Shown here one piece after another: positions 1 through 8,845 of a DNA stretch of 64,000 nucleotides. The position numbers and the translations under genes are program-made. Every line of letters begins with the position of its first letter. Position 1 is the stretch's first letter. Under the pieces are notes generated by a model, which was given only the letters and a program-made list of their open reading frames with translations, did not search any database and was not told the DNA's origin. The stretch lies in assembly GCA_050618075.1 (NCBI GenBank), contig JBNLVL010000010.1, positions 1,642 to 65,641 of the forward strand, in the 5' to 3' direction. Source of the stretch: Myxococcota bacterium (lineage in GTDB: Bacteria; Myxococcota_A; UBA9160; UBA4427).

Positions 1-1164
1 GGTCCGCTTCGCGCGGCTGGGCTTCACCCGCGTCGATTTCCGGTTCAGCTCGAGGACGATCTTGTCCGGGCCCGGGATCGGCACGGCCTTGTCCCCCAGG
101 AGCTGCTCGGCAAAGGCGGAGGCTGCGTCGGGAAACGTGGACAGCGGCGAGCCTCCCGCCAGGAAGAGCTTGAGAGAGCGGTCCTTGCGGCCGCCCCGCT
201 TCCAGGCGCCGCCGAAGCGTCGTCCGTCGTCGGCGCGGCCCACCCAGGTTCCGGGACCGAACTCGACGCTCAGACCCGTCTTCGCCTTCTCCTTGCCCTT
301 CCCCTCCACCACGAGCTTCTCGGTCAGGGTCAGCTCGGCCGAGCTCCCGCACAGATCCGCGGGCTCCGGGCAGTCGCCCGGCGGCTCGTCCGTCGAGTAG
401 CCGCCGAAGAAGGCCACGTAGCTTCCGCCGATCGACGAGTCCGCGAGCGCGCCCCGGGTGTTGTCCGCCGTCAGCTCGAGCGGACCGAAATAGAGCAGGG
501 CCAGCATGGTCGTGTCTTCGGGAGTGAGCGTCTCGAGCAACTCCATGTACTCGGGCAGGCCGGGCACGGGGAACGAGTCGATATCGGGGAGGTCCCGGGG
601 ATCGCGATCGACCCGCCAGATCCAGCCGCCTCCGCTGATGTCGTTCTCGAGCACCAGGGTGCTGCAATCGTCGGGACCGCTGTCCCCCGCGAGGCAGGTG
701 CGCACCGTGTAGGCGAAGAGGAACGATCCACCGGGAAACACCTGGAAGGCGTGGGGCAGCAGGTCCGGGACGTCGAAGATGGGATTCCCGGTCAGGTCGT
801 CGACGACCTCGAAGGCGAACACGTCCACGAGCCCGCCGCGGTCGAGGGACGGCAGGTTGGCCATGCGCAGCCAGCCGTTGCCGTCGCCCAGCTGGAGCAG
901 CTCATTGCCCCCGCCCGGAATCACGACGGGGAGGTCCGACGCGTAGATCCAGCTGGCGCTGCCCGAGCCGTTCAGCATGAACGGGCCCACCGAGAAGTCG
1001 TCGTCGTCCCCGGTGCCCACCCGCCCGTCCGCCCCCGGGCCCCGGTGGACGAAGGACGGGTCGCCGATCTCGAGGAAGCGGACATCGCCGGCCCAGGCCC
1101 AGGACGCGCACAGGGCCGTGAACGGGATCGCCAACCGGAGGAATCGGAACGGGAGAGTCCACAT
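1..1164 (-). CDS. secreted hypothetical protein, 3' end cut by the window edge
   Basis: Hand-translated minus frame, open from ATG at 1164 to position 1. It is absent from the ORF track because there is no stop inside the window. The N-terminus MWTLPFRFLRLAIPFTALCASWAWA looks like a Sec signal peptide. GC3 bias is strong. No family recognised. Confidence 0.55.
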   Translation of the reverse strand, partial: MWTLPFRFLRLAIPFTALCASWAWAGDVRFLEIGDPSFVHRGPGADGRVGTGDDDDFSVGPFMLNGSGSASWIYASDLPVVIPGGGNELLQLGDGNGWLRMANLPSLDRGGLVDVFAFEVVDDLTGNPIFDVPDLLPHAFQVFPGGSFLFAYTVRTCLAGDSGPDDCSTLVLENDISGGGWIWRVDRDPRDLPDIDSFPVPGLPEYMELLETLTPEDTTMLALLYFGPLELTADNTRGALADSSIGGSYVAFFGGYSTDEPPGDCPEPADLCGSSAELTLTEKLVVEGKGKEKAKTGLSVEFGPGTWVGRADDGRRFGGAWKRGGRKDRSLKLFLAGGSPLSTFPDAASAFAEQLLGDKAVPIPGPDKIVLELNRKSTRVKPSRAKRT

Positions 1165-1304
1165 GGGTGACCTCCGCCTCGAGAACCACCCCCGGCGCCA
1201 TTCTACGCCCTTCGGACCGCATTCTGTCGCCTCGGGGCCGCGATCCATCCGGGAAGAGCCGGAATTCCGGGGCAGGACCCGGCTTCCGGCGCGCGCGGCC
1301 GAGA

Positions 1305-3929
1305 CTACGCCGGCAGGATGGCCTCGTAGCCCTTCCGCGAGGGCTCGAGGGCCACGCCGCGGACCCGCCTGGGGACGCCGTCGGCGGCGAGCTCCGCCGG
1401 CACGTCCACACTCGCCCGGCGGTAGCCGTGGACCGAGTGCAGGCGGAGCCCCTCTTCTACCGGCAGGGCCTCGATGCCGTCGCCGGGCTCGGCCTCCACC
1501 ACCAGCTCCCAGGAGTCGTCGCGCGAGTCCACGTCGAAGAGCAGCCCCGCCGGCTCGACATCGCCGCGCCAGGCCTCCACCCGGGCGCCGCCGCGTTCGA
1601 CCCAGAGGTCGAGGATGCGCTCGTGGAGCCAGGCGGGAGGCAGCACCTCGACGCGCTGGGGACGCTCGGGAGAGACCGGGATGTCGCGACCCAGCAGACG
1701 CAGGGCATAGCGGAAGCGCTCTCTCCGGGCGCCCACCGGGGCGAGCTCGACGATCTCTTCGTCCCGCCAGGCCACCAGGGCCGGGGTGTAGCGGTCGTAC
1801 CAGTCCAGCACGGCGTCTCGGGGTCGCGAGAAGCGCAGCTCCGGGTGTTGGCGCGCCGCGTGGGCCAGGTGATCGCGAATCGTGGCCCAGTCGCCGTAGC
1901 CCGCTTCGAGGGAATCCCAGCGACGGCCCATGCGGAAGTTGATGAACTTGTCGTGGGTCATGGAGCAGATGACGTGGACGCCCGGCGCGATCGTGTCCCC
2001 GTCACGCAGGCTCGCCATGCGGGCGTCGAGGTAGCCGTTCAGCACCCGGGTGTCCGAGAGGAAGTCCGCCTCGAGGTTGTACTCGGCCCGGATCTCCAGG
2101 GTCCGCATGCGCGCCGGGTCCGCGACGGGCGCGCGCGGATCGAGGTCGACCGGATAGCTGGAGCGGGTCATCGGCCGGTGGTAGAGGCGCGGCTTCGGGA
2201 CGTCGCTGTCTCCCAGCACGCCCAGCCGTTGGAGGAGCGCCAGCGAGCGCGCGCGTTCGCCTGCGTCGTCGCCGAAGTCGAACGAGCCGGCGCGGAAGAG
2301 CGCCACCCGGAAGCGGGGATCGCCCAGGCGCCCCAACGCCTCCAGCGCCCCGATTCCCCGCCAGGTCGCCCAGGCCCGGGTGCCCGGTGACGCCGCATCG
2401 CCCAGCACCGGAAACGCCCGGCTCCAGAACCCGCGCTCGGGCACGCCCCGCTCGAGGAACCCGGGCGGGGTCGTCACGCGGTCGGTCTCCGGATCGAAGT
2501 CGTGGCAGAACACGTGGGTGCCCGGGTCGTGGAACCCGTGACAGTGGAGTCCGAGGTCGTTGCCCGCCGCCACGGATTCGATCAGGTGCTCGCGGGCCTG
2601 CCGCGCCACCTCGCCCCAGCGCGGCCCGTCGGAGCGCTCCGCCGCCCAGGGCAGGAGCTGCAGCGAGCCGACGTCCACCATATGGGTCCAGACCGCGCCC
2701 TCCTCGTTCGCGATGCGCTCCGCGAGTCGTGACTTGTCCACGAGCGTCGTCGCCGCGGCGGCGGCGTCGGTCGACTCGCGTTCGTCGTAGAGCTCGTGGT
2801 CCTCGGTGATCAGGTAGTGGACCACCCCCGGCTCGAGGTCGGGGACCGCCAGCTCGAGGGCGAGTCGCTCCACACGACCCGCGTCCAGCAGTGCCAGCAC
2901 CAGCCGCCAGGGACGTCCGCCGTTGGCCGCGTCCGGCCGCTGGGCGCGCAGCGTGAGCTCGAGGGACGGGTCGCCCGGCCCGATCGCCACGCGGCCCCGG
3001 GGCGACGCCAGCACGCCCAGCGCAAAGGGCTCGATCACGTAGAGGGCCGCCCCGGGCCCGGCCCCGCGGACCTGCACCCGCAGCGTCGCGCTCTCGCCCG
3101 GGCGGAGCCCGCCGGGCGCCCCCTCGACGCTGAGCGTCGACCCCGCGGCCGGGCGCGGCGTGTCCGCGGCGCCCTCGAGAACACCCAGGGGCTCGTCGAG
3201 CTCGGGCCTGCGGCGCAGCGCCTCCCAGGCCGCCTCCCGGGCGCGGGTCGGGTCGAGCTCGGCGCACGCCAGCGCGAGCTCGCACCACGTCTCGGCGGGC
3301 ACGGGATCGAGGCGCGCGGCCCGCTCGAGGGCCGTGCGCGCCTCGTCGAGACGCCCGGCTGCCCGCGCGAGGGCGCCGAGCGCGACCCAGGCGTCGGCCC
3401 GGCCGGCGTCCAGGCTGAGCGCGCGCGCGAGCCAGGCGTCCGCCCGCTCGGGCTCGCCCCGATCCGCCGCGGCCCGGGCGAGAGCCAGCAGCCCGTCGAC
3501 CCGTGCGCCCGGGGTCGCCGCTCCGGAATCGAGCCGCTCCGCCGCCTCGTCCAGTCGGCCCGCCGCGACCAGCGACCCGATGTCCTGCCCGGGCCCACCC
3601 GGATCGGCGCTCGAGCGCCGCCGGGAGAGCGTCGTGCGCAGGGCGCCCAACACCGAGATCTCCAGGGAGTTGTGCGCGAGCTGGTCGTAGCGCTCCCGGT
3701 GTGGGGCCGCCGTCGCGGCGTCGCCCCGCTTCTCGGCCCACTCGGCCAGCGCCCGGTGCGCCTCGCGTGAGCTCTCGTGGACCCGCAGCGCCCCGCGCGC
3801 CGCCGCGGGCCAGCGCCGCCCCAGACACGCCAGGCCGTAGGCCAGCCCCTCGCGGAGCGCCCGCCGGGCCACGTAGCCGTCGTGCGCGGTCAGCTGGCGC
3901 ACGAGCTGCACCCACTCGCTTCGCTTCAC
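1305..3929 (-). CDS. TPR-like repeat protein with a large uncharacterised C-terminal domain
   Basis: This is the distal 874 codons of track ORF 1305..5390. The GTG at 3929 overlaps the amidase TGA (GTGA). N-terminal Ala/Leu/Arg TPR-like repeats are present (ADAWLARALSLDAGRADAWVALGALARAAGRLDEARTALERAARLDP). The rest (LHCHGFHDPGTHVFCHDFD, VICSMTHDKFINF) has normal composition but was not recognised. Confidence 0.6.
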   Translation of the reverse strand: MKRSEWVQLVRQLTAHDGYVARRALREGLAYGLACLGRRWPAAARGALRVHESSREAHRALAEWAEKRGDAATAAPHRERYDQLAHNSLEISVLGALRTTLSRRRSSADPGGPGQDIGSLVAAGRLDEAAERLDSGAATPGARVDGLLALARAAADRGEPERADAWLARALSLDAGRADAWVALGALARAAGRLDEARTALERAARLDPVPAETWCELALACAELDPTRAREAAWEALRRRPELDEPLGVLEGAADTPRPAAGSTLSVEGAPGGLRPGESATLRVQVRGAGPGAALYVIEPFALGVLASPRGRVAIGPGDPSLELTLRAQRPDAANGGRPWRLVLALLDAGRVERLALELAVPDLEPGVVHYLITEDHELYDERESTDAAAAATTLVDKSRLAERIANEEGAVWTHMVDVGSLQLLPWAAERSDGPRWGEVARQAREHLIESVAAGNDLGLHCHGFHDPGTHVFCHDFDPETDRVTTPPGFLERGVPERGFWSRAFPVLGDAASPGTRAWATWRGIGALEALGRLGDPRFRVALFRAGSFDFGDDAGERARSLALLQRLGVLGDSDVPKPRLYHRPMTRSSYPVDLDPRAPVADPARMRTLEIRAEYNLEADFLSDTRVLNGYLDARMASLRDGDTIAPGVHVICSMTHDKFINFRMGRRWDSLEAGYGDWATIRDHLAHAARQHPELRFSRPRDAVLDWYDRYTPALVAWRDEEIVELAPVGARRERFRYALRLLGRDIPVSPERPQRVEVLPPAWLHERILDLWVERGGARVEAWRGDVEPAGLLFDVDSRDDSWELVVEAEPGDGIEALPVEEGLRLHSVHGYRRASVDVPAELAADGVPRRVRGVALEPSRKGYEAILPA

Positions 3930-5383
3930 GAAGCGTCCTCGTAGCCGGACGGCGCGCGGAAGCCCCCGATCTCCTCCTCGAGGAGCCGCGCGAACTCGAT
4001 GCAGGTGTAGTCGTCGAACTCCGCGCCCACTGCCTGCAGACCGATGGGCAGCCCGTCGGCTGCGGGTCCGGTGGGAAACACCGTGCTCGGCAGGTGGGCG
4101 ACGGTGGTGAGCCCCGGCCAGAAGAGCTGGCGCGTATAGGGCTCGACGCGGCCGTCGATCTCGATGGTGCGCTCGTGGAAGGGCCCGTGGTCGTGGGGGA
4201 AGGCGGTGGTCGGCATGATCGGGCAGACCAGGATGTCCCAGTCCTCGAAAAAGGCGCTCCAGGCCCGGCGCAGCATGGCGCGGTGATGGTTGCGCCGGGC
4301 CCAGGTGCGGTGGGGCTGCACGGTCGCGCGAATCGTCTCCACCGCATCCGAGTGGTCGTCGGGGTCGAAGCCTTTGGCGGCCTCGGCCAGCCGGGCGAAC
4401 GCTTCGTCGGGCACCCCGCCCGAGAGCTGGCCGTGGAGCATGGAGAAGTAGGTCCGCTCGCTCTCGACCACGTCGATGTCGGGCCGCGCCCGATCGGAGA
4501 CCGTGGCCCCCTGCCGGGCCAGACGATCGGCCAGCGATTGCACGCGGTCGGCCACGGCGTGGCTGACGGGGCCGCGCTCGTCGGTCGGCCAGAACGCCAC
4601 CCGGAACCCGGCCAGGCTGCGCTTCTCGGGTCGCGGGAGCGAGAGCGTCCAGCCCCGCGCGTTGAACGAGTCGGGTCCGGCCACGATGTCCATGGCCAGG
4701 GCCAGGTCGCGGGCGCTGCGGGCCAGGGGGCCCACCACCGCCAGGTCCGGCGGCGCCACCATTCCGGGGATCGCGTGGCCCTCGCCGGGCACGACGCCCC
4801 AGGTGGGCTTGTGCCCGTACACACCGCAGTAGTGCGCCGGGTTCCGGATCGAGCCGCCGATGTCGCTGCCGCTCTCGAGCGCGCAGAAGCCCGCGGCGAG
4901 CGCCGCCGACGAGCCGCCCGAGGAGCCTCCGGGCGTGCGCTCGCGGTCCCAGGGGTTCGAGGTGGTGCCGTAGATCTCGTTGTAGCTCTGGAAGTCGCCC
5001 AGGTGGATGGGCACGTTGGTCTTGCCGAGCAGGTGCGCCCCCGCCCGCACGAAGCGCCGCACGCACTCGGCGTCCCGCTCCGCCCGGTTCCCGGCGAGGG
5101 CGGGCACGCCCCAGGTCGTGGGCTGGCCCGCAACGTCGTAGGCCTCCTTGACCGTCATGGGAAGACCGTGGAGCGGCCCCAGCGACTCCCCGGCCGCCAC
5201 GGCCGCGTCGGCTCGGTCGGCCGCCTCGAGCGCGCCCTCGAAGTCGCGCACCACCACGGCGTTGATCTCCGCGTCGTACTTCTCGATGCGGCGGATGTAG
5301 AGCTCGGTCAGCTCCCGGGAGCCGACCTCCTTGCGGCGGATTCGCCGGGCCAGCGCGTGGGCGGATTCGAAGGCGAGACTCAT
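3926..5383 (-). CDS. amidase signature-family amidase
   Basis: Amidase signature PGGSSGGSSAALAAG plus GSDIGGSIRNPA. ATG at 5383 is preceded by a GGGAG Shine-Dalgarno (SD) sequence. The track ORF start at 5401 is 6 codons upstream. Confidence 0.9.
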   Translation of the reverse strand: MSLAFESAHALARRIRRKEVGSRELTELYIRRIEKYDAEINAVVVRDFEGALEAADRADAAVAAGESLGPLHGLPMTVKEAYDVAGQPTTWGVPALAGNRAERDAECVRRFVRAGAHLLGKTNVPIHLGDFQSYNEIYGTTSNPWDRERTPGGSSGGSSAALAAGFCALESGSDIGGSIRNPAHYCGVYGHKPTWGVVPGEGHAIPGMVAPPDLAVVGPLARSARDLALAMDIVAGPDSFNARGWTLSLPRPEKRSLAGFRVAFWPTDERGPVSHAVADRVQSLADRLARQGATVSDRARPDIDVVESERTYFSMLHGQLSGGVPDEAFARLAEAAKGFDPDDHSDAVETIRATVQPHRTWARRNHHRAMLRRAWSAFFEDWDILVCPIMPTTAFPHDHGPFHERTIEIDGRVEPYTRQLFWPGLTTVAHLPSTVFPTGPAADGLPIGLQAVGAEFDDYTCIEFARLLEEEIGGFRAPSGYEDAS

Positions 5384-5523
5384 GAACCACTCCCTGTCCA
5401 AGGGCCGTGAGACCGTCGCAGGATGCTAACCCAGGGAAGGGGGTCGGAGTGGTCCGGAGACGGACGAGCTGCTCCGGCGCAGACGCCAGCCCCGAACCGG
5501 CGCCGAACGCCTGGAACCGGACG

Positions 5524-6060
5524 CTAGGGGCAGACGATCAGCGGCTGGACCATGCCCAGGAGGGCCTGGTTGAACTGCTCGTAGCGGGTCGGATCGCTGC
5601 TCGCCTTGGACTCGCAGCTGACGCGCCCGTAGTCGGTCTCGCACCACTTCCTGCCCTCGGCCCGCTCCAGGACGGCGACGCACCAGCCCGCGATCACCGC
5701 CGCCGGATTGTTCGACTTGCACTGCCCCCGGGCGAAGGGATCGGCGATGGTGTAGCAGTGCACCAGGTGCTCCTGGGCCATGCGATGGAAGCGCACACCC
5801 AGGGAGCGGACACAGCGGAGCGTCCGCTCGTCGAACAGAGCCGGAGTCTCCTCGACCAGGGCATCGAAGCGCTCGGGATAGATGTTCGACTGGGCGAACA
5901 GGCGCAGCACCCGCGGCGAGACCTCGTCCGCGGCGACCTCGTCCGCCGCGACCGTCCCCGGAACACCGAGCCCCGGGAGCGCGATCCAGCACAGCCCGAG
6001 GGCGGCGCAGAGGACGCCGGGAAGACCTCCCGGCCGGCGTCGGAGGGCGAGCGGGTCCAC
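5524..6060 (-). CDS. small secreted Cys-containing hypothetical protein
   Basis: GTG start. Signal-peptide-like N-terminus (GLPGVLCAALGLCWIALPG). Ordinary amino-acid composition with several Cys. No family recognised. Confidence 0.5.
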   Translation of the reverse strand: MDPLALRRRPGGLPGVLCAALGLCWIALPGLGVPGTVAADEVAADEVSPRVLRLFAQSNIYPERFDALVEETPALFDERTLRCVRSLGVRFHRMAQEHLVHCYTIADPFARGQCKSNNPAAVIAGWCVAVLERAEGRKWCETDYGRVSCESKASSDPTRYEQFNQALLGMVQPLIVCP

Positions 6061-6240
6061 GGCCCAAGCCTAAGCAAGTCCGGTGCTGGTGTCAGGGCGG
6101 CGAGGAGAGACCTCGGGTGCCCGCCTGCGGCGCGGCTCCGCAGGCCGGCCCGCCCCGCCCCTGGGCGGCCCCGGGCGAGAGCTGTTACACGTTCTCGGGG
6201 CCGTCGACGCCGCGGGCGGGAGGGGTCGGGAGGAGAGTGC

Positions 6241-7074
6241 ATGCGCAGCTTCCAGGGCAGGGTCGTGGCCGTCACCGGAGCGGCCTCGGGAATCGGACGG
6301 GCGCTCGCCCACGAGCTGGCCTCCAGGGGGGCCGCGCTCGCCCTGTCGGACGTCGACGAGCGCGGGCTCGAAGACACTGCGAAGGCGGTGGGCGAGCGGG
6401 GCTCGGCGGTCACCCACACCCGGGTCGACGTGTCGGATCGGGCCGCCGTCGCGGCGTGGGCCGAGTCCGTCATGGCCGATCACGGCCGCGTCCACTGCAT
6501 CATCAACAACGCCGGAGTCGCCCTCAGCGCGACCGTCGAAGAGATGAGCGACGAGGACTTCCAGTGGCTGATGGGCATCAACTTCTGGGGCGTCGTCCAC
6601 GGCACCCGGGCGTTCCTGCCCCACCTCATCGCCTCGGGCGACGGCCACATCGTGAACGTCTCCAGCGTGTTCGGCCTGATCGGGGTGCCCACCCAGGCGG
6701 CCTACAACGCCGCCAAGTTCGCCGTGCGCGGGTTCACCGAGTGCCTGCGCCAGGAGCTCGAGATCGCCGGTCATCCGGTCAGCGCCACCTGCATCCACCC
6801 GGGCGGCATCAAGACGAACATCGTGCGCAACGCCCGGGTCAACGAGCACGAAGCCGGCCGGAGCCGCCAGGAGCTGATCGAGCAGTTCGATCGGGCGGCC
6901 CGCACCACGCCCGAGCGCGCGGCCCGGGTCATCGTGGAGGGCGTGTTGCGCAACCGGCGGCGCGTGCTCATCGGCGTCGACGCCCGCATCATCGACTGGG
7001 TCCAGCGGCTGCTTCCCACCGGCTACCAGCGCCTGCTGACCGCGGCCGCGAAGCGCGGCGCTCCACCTATCTGA
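6241..7074 (+). CDS. short-chain dehydrogenase/reductase (SDR)
   Basis: Internal ATG of track ORF 5407..7074. Motifs TGAASGIGRA (TGxxxGxG), NNAG, and catalytic S...YNAAK. Confidence 0.9.
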   Translation: MRSFQGRVVAVTGAASGIGRALAHELASRGAALALSDVDERGLEDTAKAVGERGSAVTHTRVDVSDRAAVAAWAESVMADHGRVHCIINNAGVALSATVEEMSDEDFQWLMGINFWGVVHGTRAFLPHLIASGDGHIVNVSSVFGLIGVPTQAAYNAAKFAVRGFTECLRQELEIAGHPVSATCIHPGGIKTNIVRNARVNEHEAGRSRQELIEQFDRAARTTPERAARVIVEGVLRNRRRVLIGVDARIIDWVQRLLPTGYQRLLTAAAKRGAPPI

Positions 7075-7095
7075 AGACCGCGTCGAGACGCCGGC

Positions 7096-8664
7096 TCAGC
7101 CGTCCGCCCCGGCGCCCGGCGCGCCCGCGGCGTCCAGCGTCTCCAGCAGTCCGGGGTCGACCTTCGCCTTGACCGTGCGGCGGTCGAGTCCCAGGCGGCG
7201 CCCGGTCTCCTCGTAGTTGCGGGTGCGCGCGTAGACGCGCGTGCAGTAGAGGCGGAGGAGCTCGTCGGCCGTCAGCTCCCCGCGATCGAGCCGACCCACC
7301 AGCGGGTCCTCGGCGCGGGCGCCGCGCCGCCGGGCGGGCTCGTAGCGCCCGTGGATCAGGACGTTGCGCACGCACTGCTCGAGCTCGCGCACGTTGCCGG
7401 GCCAGGGGTAGTCCCGGCCAAGCTGGGCATCGACGAAGTCGACCACCTCCCGGGTGAGCTCGGGGGCGTCGTCTTCTCCCACGATCCGCCGGGCGAGCTG
7501 GGAGATGAGCCCCGGCAGCTCGTCGGGCGAGTCCGCGATCTGCTCGCGCAGGGTCGGCGTGCGGACCAGGTCCGCGCACAGCCGATAGTAGAGGTCCTCC
7601 CGGAAGCGCCCCCCCTCGATCTCTCCGGGCAGGTCCCGGTTGGTGGCGGCGACCAGCTTGCCCTCGAAGCGCCGCACCCGGGTCTCGCCCACGCGCTGGA
7701 AGTCCCGGGACTGGAGCACCCGGAGGAGCTTCACCTGGATGCTGGCGTCGAGCTCGCCGATCTCGTCGAGGAACACCGTTCCCAGCGGAGAGCAGGTCTC
7801 GAGCCAGCCGGCGCGGTCCTCGCTGGCTCCGGTGAAGGCGCCCTTGCGGTGACCGAAGAGCTCCGACTCGATGAGCGCCGGGGAGAGTGCGGAGAGGTTC
7901 ACCGGACGGAACGCGCCCGCAAAGTCCTCCTGGAAGGCCTGGCGCCCGGGGTCGAACGGGATGTACCGCGACAGGCCCATGGCCTGGGCGACCAGCTCCT
8001 TGCCGGTGCCGGACTCGCCGAGGATCAACGTCGTCACGTCGCCCATGCGCGGATACAGCGAGCGGCCGTAGCGCTCGCTGTCGTGGGTGAAGATCGACTG
8101 CCAGATGTCCGCGCGCAGGCGCGCGGCGGGCTTCGAGCCGCCCTGGATGCCGCGGAAGATCGCGTCGAAGGCCCGGCGGATCTGCCAGCCCCAGGCGAAC
8201 AGGTGGGCCGGGTCCAGGGCCAGCGGGAGACGCCGCCCGGGGACCTGGAGGAAGTGGCGGGCATCCGCCTCGAACGCGCGGTAGCCGTCGATCCGCCCGT
8301 CGCTTCCGCGGCCGCCCTCGGCGTCGTCCAGCAGCCCCGTGAAGGTCGGAAGCATGCGGTCGTAGAGCAGGTAGAAGACCAGGGCCTCGTAGGCGCGGAG
8401 CTCCTCGCGGCTGGCCCGGGCGCCCTCCTCCAGGCGGCGTCGCAGCTCGGGCGCCCAGCGCTCGACCAGCTCGCCCACGCGATCGACGTTGGGATTGGAG
8501 GTCGCGAGATCGGTGCCCTCGTGCCAGACGTCGGCCCGCCGGGTGAAGTCCCCGCCCAGGGCGCCAGCCTCGCTCTCCACCCGCTCGGGGCCGAAGGGAT
8601 TGCCCAGGGCCAGGCGCCGCAGGGCCTCGAGGACGTCTCGTTCGCGATCGCTCAGGAACTCCAT
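7096..8664 (-). CDS. sigma-54-dependent transcriptional activator (bacterial enhancer-binding protein)
   Basis: AAA+ core with Walker A GESGTGKE, the sigma-54 contact loop GAFTGA and Walker B FLDEIG. A C-terminal HTH-like tail is present. The roughly 200-aa N-terminal domain has no receiver-domain motifs. Confidence 0.9.
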   Translation of the reverse strand: MEFLSDRERDVLEALRRLALGNPFGPERVESEAGALGGDFTRRADVWHEGTDLATSNPNVDRVGELVERWAPELRRRLEEGARASREELRAYEALVFYLLYDRMLPTFTGLLDDAEGGRGSDGRIDGYRAFEADARHFLQVPGRRLPLALDPAHLFAWGWQIRRAFDAIFRGIQGGSKPAARLRADIWQSIFTHDSERYGRSLYPRMGDVTTLILGESGTGKELVAQAMGLSRYIPFDPGRQAFQEDFAGAFRPVNLSALSPALIESELFGHRKGAFTGASEDRAGWLETCSPLGTVFLDEIGELDASIQVKLLRVLQSRDFQRVGETRVRRFEGKLVAATNRDLPGEIEGGRFREDLYYRLCADLVRTPTLREQIADSPDELPGLISQLARRIVGEDDAPELTREVVDFVDAQLGRDYPWPGNVRELEQCVRNVLIHGRYEPARRRGARAEDPLVGRLDRGELTADELLRLYCTRVYARTRNYEETGRRLGLDRRTVKAKVDPGLLETLDAAGAPGAGADG

Positions 8665-8794
8665 GGCGTATACATCGGCTGTACGTCATCGCGCACTGAA
8701 TGTCCATCGAACGATCTCGACGGCTCTCGAAACCACCTGCACAAAACCCATCAACCAATTGTATTCGCGACGGTTTCATGAATTCCAGAGTGGA

Positions 8795-8810
8795 TGGCAC
8801 GCGCCGTGCT
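8795..8810 (+). promoter_or_regulatory. sigma-54 (-24/-12) promoter candidate
   Basis: TGGCACGcgccgTGCT compared with consensus TGGCACG-N4-TTGCW. The GG and GC dinucleotides have exactly the canonical spacing. It lies 36 nt upstream of the VIT-vWA ATG and faces away from the divergent sigma-54 activator. Confidence 0.6.
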
Positions 8811-8845
8811 CCAGGAGACCCCGAACCCGAACAGGAGTCTCCGCC

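Noticed and set aside
3930-5390. Upstream 487 codons of track ORF 1305..5390
   Set aside because: This part runs out of frame on the same strand through the amidase gene, which has an unambiguous amidase signature. Its composition is Arg/Gly/Pro-rich. The real gene most plausibly starts at the GTG at 3929.
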